A stretch of DNA of 64,000 bases, taken from a virus. Taxonomy: Duplodnaviria > Caudoviricetes. The notes below the pieces were generated by a model that had not been told where the DNA came from, ran no database searches, and worked only from the letters and a program-made list of their open reading frames with translations. Position 1 is the stretch's first letter, and every line of letters begins with the position of its first letter. The stretch lies in the IMG/VR virus record IMGVR_UViG_3300010338_000575; one strand, written 5' to 3'. A program made the position numbers and the translations under genes. Of this stretch, positions 1 through 7,629 are shown piece after piece.

Positions 1-109
1 GTTCAACCCATTTTTCATAACTAACATTAGAAGCAATAAACTTTATATCCGTAATTAATTTGGATTTTATTCCCTGACATTTAATTGGAGGTATAAATAC
101 ATTATTCAT
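1..109 (-). CDS. EcoRV-like (Dam/D12 class) DNA adenine methyltransferase, 5' part, runs off the window
   Basis: Manual translation from ATG at 109: MNNVFIPPIKCQGIKSKLITDIKFIASNVSYEKWVE..., resembling the M.EcoRV N-terminus (VFVPPIKSQGIKTKL...WVEPF); overlaps the stop of the upstream nuclease remnant. Confidence 0.8.
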   Translation of the reverse strand, partial: MNNVFIPPIKCQGIKSKLITDIKFIASNVSYEKWVE

Positions 110-485
110 ACAATCCTCTATTTTTTTTGACAGATTTTCTTTTTACGATTTTACTCACATCCCCCTTTCTATATTTAACAAACTCTTCTAATGATGATAT
201 TTTCTTAATATTTTCATCCTTGCCTTTAACAGTAATCCTTTTATAATTTATCCAATAATCATCAAACCATTCTTCGCCGAGTTCAGAAAACATTCCGTTC
301 TCATTTAATATGTCTGGAATGTAATTAATACTACCGATAATGGTCCATTGACCGTCATCTGTAGAAATTGATTCGCCAATAGTGTTTATAAAATTTCTTA
401 AGGCTTTTTCAAATTCCTTTTTTTGATCCATTTTATTTCCTCTTTTTTTCTTTTTCATCGCTGGGGTAAAGATACTTTTTTTCAT
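102..485 (-). pseudogene. Internally deleted EcoRV-family restriction endonuclease
   Basis: N-terminal DGQWTI is joined directly to C-terminal IGSI...GMFSELGEEWFDDYWINY; only 127 aa; catalytic core absent; coupled to an EcoRV-like MTase. Confidence 0.7.
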
Positions 486-658
486 TTATTCCTCTTTTTC
501 TTGGTTTTAACCGCCCAAGAATTTCGTACAACATTTTTATTTGAATAGACATATAGTTTTTATTAATATAAACGTATTTAATGTACAAAATGTTACAATT
601 TAATATAATTAATAATAACAATTATATTAAGTTTTATTTATAATATATAATTTATACA

Positions 659-1732
659 TTATAAATCATCACGAAAAAGTTTACTGTTTTGTGGTTTAAT
701 CATTTTCCATATAATATCATCATATGGTCGTTTATCATATAATTTAAAAAGAATTGAAGGGTATTTTGTTTTTATCGCTTCGTTAGCAAAATCTTTTCGT
801 TCTTTAATATCATTAATATGATAAATTCTAATAAATTCTTTTAACGATTTTCTTTCAATTTCATTATAATCATTAATTAAATTATTTTTTGTCTTTTTTA
901 ACCATTTATAATATTCATCGGGTACAATATTAAATAAAGCATTAAAATCATAATTGTTTTTTAAAAATTCCCATATAGTTAATGTGCTAACATTAGTTAA
1001 TATTCCGTGTAATTGAATGTATTCATTAAATTTAATTTTTACACGAAAACCATCCGAAAATTTAACAACAAAACCTTCTTTATTATTTTCTTCAAGTTTT
1101 TTTAAATCATATAAATTATTAATATCTTTAATATTTAATCTTTTAACAATTTTAAAATTGTTTGAATATTTATTAACCATTTCATCGTATTCAAATTCAA
1201 TACCAGTTCTTGTATGAATTACTGATAATAATATCAATTCTCTTGTATCACCATAATCAACAACAATACGATTTTCAGGATAAATAATTTCAAAAAGATA
1301 TGTGCAATTTTTATTCAATAAATTATAAACAGAAGCATTTAACATTTTTTTTGCTTCTATTGATTGTTTTGAAATAAAAGACCCTCTTGTTGTAACAATC
1401 CATTCCATACGTGGTTCATAATAAAAAAGTATTATTAACGAACCATCCATCTTCTCAAAAATTTCATATTTTTTTGACATGTCAATTTCTGAAGGATCAT
1501 GTTCCTCAATATTTTTAAATTTTTGAAACGGACGTGCAATAATATTACCATCTTCATCAATAACTAATCCTCTACACGATTTGGTGTAGATATCCCAAAA
1601 TTTTTTAAATTGTGCTTTGGGTGAATAATTTAATATCCACAAATTATATTCGGGATGTTTATTAATTGTAATTAAATCATTACTAATGTAATCATTTAAT
1701 ACATTCCAATCTATTTTTTCTAATATTTCCAT
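659..1732 (-). CDS. T4 Rnl1-like RNA ligase
   Basis: CRGLV, RPFQKFKN, motif I EKMDGSL, TRGSF, FEIIYPENRIVV, EGFVV, KIK. Confidence 0.9.
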   Translation of the reverse strand: MEILEKIDWNVLNDYISNDLITINKHPEYNLWILNYSPKAQFKKFWDIYTKSCRGLVIDEDGNIIARPFQKFKNIEEHDPSEIDMSKKYEIFEKMDGSLIILFYYEPRMEWIVTTRGSFISKQSIEAKKMLNASVYNLLNKNCTYLFEIIYPENRIVVDYGDTRELILLSVIHTRTGIEFEYDEMVNKYSNNFKIVKRLNIKDINNLYDLKKLEENNKEGFVVKFSDGFRVKIKFNEYIQLHGILTNVSTLTIWEFLKNNYDFNALFNIVPDEYYKWLKKTKNNLINDYNEIERKSLKEFIRIYHINDIKERKDFANEAIKTKYPSILFKLYDKRPYDDIIWKMIKPQNSKLFRDDL

Positions 1733-2748
1733 TTTTTAAAAATAAAAATTGGTTCATACTTAAATTTATTAGTTTTATTTCTCAAATTGATATTAGATAA
1801 TGCTAAATCTAACGTTGATATATATTTAAAACCACAGTTAGTTGCAATTCTAATTGTTTCTTCTTCTAAATTAATATTATTATTACCTTTAGCATCGGCA
1901 ATGTTAATTAACATGTATTTATTTGGTTTTAATCCGTAATAACAATTTTCAAATGTTTTTTGTAAAAATCCATCAATCCATTCTGATTTTGTTTTGAATT
2001 TAATATAACTCTGAGTATTTTCATCACTATATTTTTCTAAATCAAAGTATGGTGGTGATGTAAAACATAAATCTAAACTATTTTTATCTGGTTTATAATC
2101 CTCACTACCAATTTTTAAAATTTCATAATTCATTTTACCATGAAAATCGTTTGCTAATTCAACTAATCCATTATATGTTAATGTTGACGGTTCTGTTGTT
2201 ATGTATGTTTTAACATTTCCAATAATTGCACCCAATAATCGACCCCCCCAACCGCCTGACATATCCCATACAATTCCATTATTTGCGAATGTATTATAAA
2301 TAAATGCTGCTGCTGTTGGTCTAAAATTTGACACGCTTTGAACTCCAGTGTATATTTTTAACATTTTCCTAATACCAGCATCTGATATAAATGTACCCAT
2401 TTTTAGACGTTTGTGTATTACTTTTATGAAAATGTCGTCATCCATAAATGCTTCATATGGTGTCATCATATTATTACACCTAACATTAAAACTATGTGGA
2501 AAATAAGACCACGCCAAACCTAATCCATGCATGGTTTGTTTTATAATATTGTTGTCACATATAGTCTTATAATCAAAATTCAATAATTTTTTAAATTCAT
2601 TATTTCTAACATCATTATCAGTTGGATAATATGGAAAACCATTTTCTCTATAATAGAGAAAAATTTTATTAGCAAATTCATTTAATTCATTAATTGACAT
2701 ATTTTGCCAATATGATTTATTAACAAATATTTCCTCTTTTTTTATCAT
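1720..2748 (-). CDS. DNA amino-methyltransferase
   Basis: SAM motif DMSGGWGGR and catalytic FTSPPYF. Confidence 0.8.
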   Translation of the reverse strand: MIKKEEIFVNKSYWQNMSINELNEFANKIFLYYRENGFPYYPTDNDVRNNEFKKLLNFDYKTICDNNIIKQTMHGLGLAWSYFPHSFNVRCNNMMTPYEAFMDDDIFIKVIHKRLKMGTFISDAGIRKMLKIYTGVQSVSNFRPTAAAFIYNTFANNGIVWDMSGGWGGRLLGAIIGNVKTYITTEPSTLTYNGLVELANDFHGKMNYEILKIGSEDYKPDKNSLDLCFTSPPYFDLEKYSDENTQSYIKFKTKSEWIDGFLQKTFENCYYGLKPNKYMLINIADAKGNNNINLEEETIRIATNCGFKYISTLDLALSNINLRNKTNKFKYEPIFIFKKWKY

Positions 2749-2844
2749 AATACTGATTATTACGAATAATTTTTCTTTTTGTTACAAAAATATAAAAAAT
2801 TATTATCAATATCAAGTATTTATACTTGATAAACATATAAGAAT

Positions 2845-3303
2845 ATGGAAAATAAAAATAGATTGTTTGATATAATGAAAAAAATAGACAATTCGTTTAA
2901 ATTAAAAACGATTAATGAATCTACGATTATTAATGATAATAAATTCAAGTTTTTTGAAGATAAAATGGATGTTATCTTTTTAAATCATGAATTTACGTCA
3001 CAAGAATATGATGTTGATATTAATAATAATAACATTTCAGTTGAATGGGATGTTAATTTTTGGATAAACAATAATGGTATTGAAAATATTATAATAAATA
3101 TTAATGAAATTAGTGGTACTTATGATGTGTTACTTATTGATAAAGAAACCGGTGATACTATAAAAAATATAAATAAAAACATTAATGAAATTGAATGGAA
3201 ATTTAATGTTGATTATGATGGATTGTTTAAAAATAAATCGTTATATATTAATACGCTTGTTTTTGATTTTAAAGAAAAAACATGTACTGTTAATATAAAT
3301 TAA
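2845..3303 (+). CDS. Hypothetical late protein, possibly a head protein
   Basis: ORF after GTATTTAT motif; N-terminus RLFDIMKKIDNSFK..INE shared with 11131. Confidence 0.6.
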   Translation: MENKNRLFDIMKKIDNSFKLKTINESTIINDNKFKFFEDKMDVIFLNHEFTSQEYDVDINNNNISVEWDVNFWINNNGIENIIININEISGTYDVLLIDKETGDTIKNINKNINEIEWKFNVDYDGLFKNKSLYINTLVFDFKEKTCTVNIN

Positions 3304-3341
3304 AAAAATAAAACCCCACTTATTTGTGGGGTTTTATTTTT
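3304..3341. terminator. Bidirectional intrinsic terminator
   Basis: AAAATAAAACCCCAC-loop-GTGGGGTTTTATTTT between convergent genes. Confidence 0.8.
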
Positions 3342-3352
3342 GTATATTTTTA

Positions 3353-3678
3353 TTACTGATTTTCATATTCAACCAATCTAATTGTCCAAAAATCGGCAGC
3401 AACATTTGGTGTTGTTATAAACCAATAAGGTAGATAAAAATAACCCTTATCCCCCCAATCAGCACCCCAACTATTCCTAACAATAAGCCATTCATTTTTA
3501 TCATCATAACCGACTGCAAGTACAGCATGACCACCAATTGGTTTTTCTTTTTGATTGGGTATTGGTACAATAGTTTTTAAATTTTTAAGTGATTTAGTTT
3601 TTTTTGGTGTTTCTCTTCTTTAGATACTTCAACAATAATTTCTTTTTTCTTTTTTGAAAAGAAATCAAATAGTCCTAT
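3353..3678 (-). pseudogene. Papain-like C1 cysteine peptidase remnant
   Basis: [13 protein letters not shown]...[20 protein letters not shown]; catalytic Cys half missing; apparent start ATA-GGA-CTA-TTT (xGLFDFF) is out of frame with the peptidase segment. Confidence 0.8.
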
Positions 3679-3708
3679 AATGTTATTTTTTTGTTATAAA
3701 TACTTTAG

Positions 3709-3794
3709 TAGCGGGAATGGGACTCGAACCCACACGAACACAAAGGTTCAACAGATTTTAAGTCTGTCTCGGCTACCAATTACGACATCCCGCC
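3709..3794 (-). tRNA. tRNA-Leu(TAA), long variable arm
   Basis: GGCGGGA acceptor, ACAGA-CTTAAAA-TCTGT anticodon arm, GGTTCGAGTCC. Confidence 0.93.
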
Positions 3795-3799
3795 AAATA

Positions 3800-4240
3800 T
3801 TACACACTTAAAATACATTTTAAATCTTCAGCATTGTATATAATTGTTACAGTTCCTTGTCCAAACATTTGTTGAAAATAGTATCCTCTGAAAAACCAAG
3901 TACTTGTTGGAAAATGCTCTGATTCAATCTGTGGTATAGACACGGGTTCAAAACTATGTGTTACGTAATCGATAATAAATTCAAGTACGTTATTAGGATG
4001 AACTTCATATCCATTATGTCAACATTTTTCACGCCATTCTTCACCATGCATCAATACAAGTTTATACATTAACTTGTCGAAATCATTATGTTTAACCCAT
4101 TCCTCAAAACGAGAAAAACGTTTTTGTTTCAATTCCAGTTTTTTTCTTTCGTTTTCAAAATAGGCATTACTCTCATCAGAATCAACCCATTCATCTAATT
4201 TTCTCTTAAATTTTTCAAAGTCAATGCTCATAATTTTCAA
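3800..4240 (-). pseudogene. Hypothetical protein interrupted by one in-frame TGA (4019-4021)
   Basis: After EEWREKC-TGA the frame stays open for 72 codons (HNGYEVHPNN...CILSV) to TAA at 3800. Confidence 0.7.
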
Positions 4241-4282
4241 TCATATTATTTGTGAAGATGTGGGGACTTAAACCCCTGTGTT

Positions 4283-4579
4283 TCATGTAATTAATATATT
4301 TTCTACAAGTTTTTCTGGTTTTATTTCGTCTACTTGACAAAAATTGGCTTGTGCATAACCAACACTTGTCAATATACCGATAAATAGTAGATTCTGATTT
4401 TTCATGCCTTGTAATGAATAAGAATCAAAAATTCTATCATCAATACGATTTTCATCAACATAACATCTTATAACATATCTACCATCATTTTGTTTTTGAA
4501 TAAATTTTGCGAATATTATATGAATATTATGAATTTCCTTTTTCATTTTGTGATTCTTTTCTAAAACTCCATTTATCAA
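4283..4579 (-). CDS. Hypothetical protein (start probably at MKKEIH)
   Basis: ORF in a co-oriented gene run. Confidence 0.5.
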   Translation of the reverse strand: MINGVLEKNHKMKKEIHNIHIIFAKFIQKQNDGRYVIRCYVDENRIDDRIFDSYSLQGMKNQNLLFIGILTSVGYAQANFCQVDEIKPEKLVENILIT

Positions 4580-5201
4580 ATCCGTGTTGTTCTATTTTAT
4601 ATTTATCTTCAATATCAACCATAATTTTTTTATCCGAAACTAAAATATTACTAATAAACATACTAATTTCTTGAAATGTTTGATAGGTATCAAAAATTTT
4701 ATAAAACTTATATTTATTTAGTGGCGGATTAATTATGAATTTTTCATCAAAAAAACGCCAATTTTCACAATTATAATAGTTTAAATCATAGATAAAAACC
4801 GGTGTATTGTATTCAATAAATATTTGTCGTGCATTTATATTATTAACAATATTAATTATATTTTTTACAGATTTTCTACTATCCCAAATTTCAAAATTAT
4901 TTGAAATTAAATCAATATCGTAAATATAATCAATCGATTTGTCTGATTGAAACCAACTATTTATGGTAATTATTTTTGCACCAACATATAATTTTCCACA
5001 AAATCCAATTACATAAAGTGATGCTAATGTGTCTTTTTTATTTCTTATTTTCGTTAAATCAATAATATGATCATTCTTTTTAAAAAAGATCGGTATTGTA
5101 TTATGAACAATTTCTTTTCTATCATAAATAACCGACTTATCAACACCTGTTGATTTTACAACACCATCATAATAATCCTTATATTTCGAAACTATCAACA
5201 T
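4527..5201 (-). CDS. Hypothetical phage protein
   Basis: 224 aa ORF downstream of a TGTAAC-N16-CGTA motif. Confidence 0.7.
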   Translation of the reverse strand: MLIVSKYKDYYDGVVKSTGVDKSVIYDRKEIVHNTIPIFFKKNDHIIDLTKIRNKKDTLASLYVIGFCGKLYVGAKIITINSWFQSDKSIDYIYDIDLISNNFEIWDSRKSVKNIINIVNNINARQIFIEYNTPVFIYDLNYYNCENWRFFDEKFIINPPLNKYKFYKIFDTYQTFQEISMFISNILVSDKKIMVDIEDKYKIEQHGFDKWSFRKESQNEKGNS

Positions 5202-5267
5202 ATTGTTTTTTTTAGAGAATTATACGAAGATGAATAAAAAATGTTACAAAAATTACATTTTTTTTTG

Positions 5268-5350
5268 CACGCAAGGTAGGATTCGAACCTACGTGTGTTT
5301 ACACAACTGGTTTTGGAGACCAGCACATTCGACCACTCTGTCACTTGCGT
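5268..5350 (-). tRNA. tRNA-Trp(CCA) with an atypical long variable arm
   Basis: ACGCAAG/CTTGCGT acceptor, G73, CTGGT-CTCCAAA-ACCAG, 14-nt variable region TTGTGTAAACACAC, GGTTCGAATCC. Confidence 0.85.
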
Positions 5351-5351
5351 A

Positions 5352-5849
5352 TTATTTATACAATTCAATACCTAAAACCAATACTAATATAATAAAGGCA
5401 ATAATCTCTTCCCACCAAACCTTATTTTTAATATTTTTGAAATACGCAAGTGTTTCAAGAACAATTAATATTGTTATAAATATTATATTAAAACAATATA
5501 ATTTAAAATCAATCGCTATTGATAATTGACTCAATAATACAGCACTATATGCGCCAACCATATGTACTGTTCTTGTTAATTTTTCTTTAAATGCAGCAGC
5601 AGCACCGACAAAACCAATACCCGCACCTGCTAAAAACATTAAAAAATTATCAGTTAATTCAACACCAATTATTATTGCTGGTATTGAAAATCCCCAACAA
5701 AATAGTGTGAATAAAAAATTATATTTTGTTGATAATCTATAATAACTATCAGAAATACTTGGTTGTATTCCATATTTATACCAAATACTTGTGACATATA
5801 TCACAAATATGCTAATCATAAATAAATAAATAATATTTAATGTTTCCAT
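5352..5849 (-). CDS. Multi-pass membrane protein
   Basis: Five to six hydrophobic segments; PSISDSYY motif. Confidence 0.75.
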   Translation of the reverse strand: METLNIIYLFMISIFVIYVTSIWYKYGIQPSISDSYYRLSTKYNFLFTLFCWGFSIPAIIIGVELTDNFLMFLAGAGIGFVGAAAAFKEKLTRTVHMVGAYSAVLLSQLSIAIDFKLYCFNIIFITILIVLETLAYFKNIKNKVWWEEIIAFIILVLVLGIELYK

Positions 5850-5890
5850 ATTGTTTTATTTATTTATAAATACTATCATTATTTATTTTG

Positions 5891-5963
5891 TGGAGTTGAC
5901 GGGATTCGAACCCGTATCAACCTGCTTGCAAAGCAGGTGCAATACCAATTATGCTACAACCCC
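5891..5963 (-). tRNA. tRNA-Ala(TGC)
   Basis: GGGGTTG acceptor with G3:U70; CCTGC-TTTGCAA-GCAGG. Confidence 0.95.
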
Positions 5964-5983
5964 ATTTTTCACAATTTATAATG

Positions 5984-6056
5984 TGTGAGTGGTGGGAATC
6001 GAACCCACAAATTTCTGCTTTTAAGGCAGTTGCCTCTTCCATTCGGCTACACTCAC
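5984..6056 (-). tRNA. tRNA-Leu(TAA), short variable loop
   Basis: GTGAGTG/CACTCAC acceptor, CTGC-CTTAAAA-GCAG, GGTTCGATTCC. Confidence 0.85.
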
Positions 6057-6115
6057 TAATATTATAGGTATTAAATACGATATTTATAAAATATAGTTGA
6101 TTTAACTAATATTAG

Positions 6116-6190
6116 TACCCATTGAGAGATTCGAACTCCCGACTTTCTGTATGTAAAACAGACACTCTAACCAATCTGAGTTAAATGGGT
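6116..6190 (-). tRNA. tRNA-Val(TAC)
   Basis: ACCCATT/AATGGGT acceptor, TCTGT-TTTACAT-ACAGA. Confidence 0.93.
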
Positions 6191-6203
6191 ATTTTATATA
6201 TTT

Positions 6204-6279
6204 TGGTAATGCGTATGGGATTCGAACCCATGTTATAAGATTGAAGGTCTTATGGCTTAACCAACTTGCCCAACGCATT
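6204..6279 (-). tRNA. tRNA-Glu(TTC), C33 variant, encoded CCA
   Basis: AATGCGT/ACGCATT acceptor, TAAGA-CCTTCAA-TCTTA, TAAC variable loop. Confidence 0.8.
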
Positions 6280-6298
6280 ATATAAACGATAAAAATTG

Positions 6299-6372
6299 CG
6301 GTACGTATGGGATTCGAACCCATGAACTCCACCGTGACAGGGTGGCATGATAACCATCTTCACCAACGTACC
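6299..6372 (-). tRNA. tRNA-Asp(GTC)
   Basis: GGTACGT/ACGTACC acceptor, CCACC-CTGTCAC-GGTGG. Confidence 0.95.
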
Positions 6373-6389
6373 ATATTATTATATACAAA

Positions 6390-6402
6390 ATTTCAAAGAA
6401 CA
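6390..6402 (-). promoter_or_regulatory. boxA-like antitermination element
   Basis: TGTTCTTTGAAAT between the terminator and the first tRNA. Confidence 0.5.
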
Positions 6403-6412
6403 TTATAATAAC

Positions 6413-6439
6413 AAAAAAACCCGACTTTATTGTCGGGTT
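6413..6439 (-). terminator. Attenuator terminator of the Asp/Glu/Val/Leu/Ala tRNA cluster
   Basis: AACCCGAC-AATAAA-GTCGGGTT followed by a T run. Confidence 0.9.
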
Positions 6440-6463
6440 ATATTTATGAAAATATATAACATA

Positions 6464-6553
6464 TCACCCGACGAAACATAAATATGCATCATCGACTAAT
6501 AATGACCACTCCAATTTATTAAACATATGTCGAAAATTTAACATAATCATCAT
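6464..6553 (-). CDS. Putative leader peptide MMIMLNFRHMFNKLEWSLLVDDAYLCFVG
   Basis: 29-codon ORF between promoter motifs and terminator; its 3' end GTCGGGTGATAT complements the terminator 5' arm. Confidence 0.75.
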   Translation of the reverse strand: MMIMLNFRHMFNKLEWSLLVDDAYLCFVG

Positions 6554-6681
6554 TTTTGTAATAAATACGTTACAAATATAAATAATGTTACAAAATTTTG
6601 CAAATTTTTTTATAAAAAATTGAAAAATTTTTTCTTTATATCAGATAAAAAAATGATATTCAATAACTTATTAGTTTTTAT

Positions 6682-7074
6682 TTATGAAACAAACAATTCA
6701 TCATTTTCATTATAGGATATAAATTGAAATTTCATACCTAAACTTGATTCATAAAATTCCCCCTGTTCTAACATATCATCATCATCAATTGCATATCTCC
6801 AAATAACATTTAAATTATTAACATTTTCTTTACAATTTTTAATTAAATGGAATATTCTTTTATTTGAATATGTGTTCATAAAAACTAAATTAAAAATTAT
6901 TGTAATATTTTCTTTATTTACATTAAGAAATTTTTGAACTTCTTTATCTATTTTATCATAAAAATTATCACCATATTCAGGTAACGAATAACCATTTAAT
7001 ACAATAACACCCACATCATATTTAAAAATTATTTCGGGAGTATTTAACGTTCCTTCAATAATTTTCTTGTTCAT
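6682..7074 (-). CDS. SiaC family (DUF1987) protein
   Basis: TPEI...G.SLPE...FY...FMNTYS.K...V.W.Y..DDDDMLEQGE pattern. Confidence 0.8.
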   Translation of the reverse strand: MNKKIIEGTLNTPEIIFKYDVGVIVLNGYSLPEYGDNFYDKIDKEVQKFLNVNKENITIIFNLVFMNTYSNKRIFHLIKNCKENVNNLNVIWRYAIDDDDMLEQGEFYESSLGMKFQFISYNENDELFVS

Positions 7075-7215
7075 ATATTAATGATTTATTTATATAAATA
7101 GTTATGTAAATTTTTTATATAAAAACAAATAGACGTAATAATGATTTATTAATATACAACAAACCATAACAAATAATAATACTGTTGTGGTTAGAAAACG
7201 ATATTATCACAATTG

Positions 7216-7287
7216 TTGTTCTGATAAGATTCGAACTTATTCTACAACATCCAAAGTGTTGTGTGCTACCAATTACACCACAGAACA
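7216..7287 (-). tRNA. tRNA-Gln(TTG)
   Basis: TGTTCTG/CAGAACA acceptor, CAACA-CTTTGGA-TGTTG. Confidence 0.92.
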
Positions 7288-7297
7288 ATTTTATTAG

Positions 7298-7371
7298 GGT
7301 GTTTGGTGGGATTCGAACCCACGATTTCTGATTCACAATCAGATGAGTTAACCAACTACTCCACAAACACC
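7298..7371 (-). tRNA. tRNA-His(GTG)
   Basis: G-1/C73, TCTGA-TTGTGAA-TCAGA. Confidence 0.95.
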
Positions 7372-7380
7372 ATACAATTG

Positions 7381-7454
7381 TCGGGATAGCAGGACTCGAA
7401 CCTGCAACCACGTGCTCCCAAAGCACGCATACTAACCAATTGTACTATATCCCG
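7381..7454 (-). tRNA. tRNA-Pro(TGG)
   Basis: CGGGATA/TATCCCG acceptor, CGTGC-TTTGGGA-GCACG. Confidence 0.95.
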
Positions 7455-7504
7455 ATTATTTTTTTCATATACGTAATTGTTTTTTATTTGCTACAAATAA
7501 ACAT

Positions 7505-7540
7505 AAAAAAATCTCATTCGATTTTGAATGAGATTTTTTT
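7505..7540 (-). terminator. Attenuator terminator of the Pro/His/Gln tRNA cluster
   Basis: AAAAAAATCTCATTC-AAAATC-GAATGAGATTTTTTT. Confidence 0.88.
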
Positions 7541-7569
7541 ATATATTATATATAATACAACCCCATTCA

Positions 7570-7629
7570 TCATGATATATCATGATGTTGCGGTTGTGGT
7601 TGTGTCATATTATTGTAATAATTATTCAT
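7570..7629 (-). CDS. Putative leader peptide MNNYYNNMTQPQPQHHDIS
   Basis: 19-codon ORF with CAA CCA CAA CCG CAA CAT CAT; immediately followed by TGAATGGGGTT, complementary to the terminator 5' arm. Confidence 0.85.
   Translation of the reverse strand: MNNYYNNMTQPQPQHHDIS

Noticed and set aside
93-100. Late-promoter motif copy
   Set aside because: Falls within the MTase coding sequence (V-F-I codons)
6204-6279. Opal suppressor (TCA) reading of the tRNA
   Set aside because: The stem places TTC at positions 34-36 and the body is Glu-like
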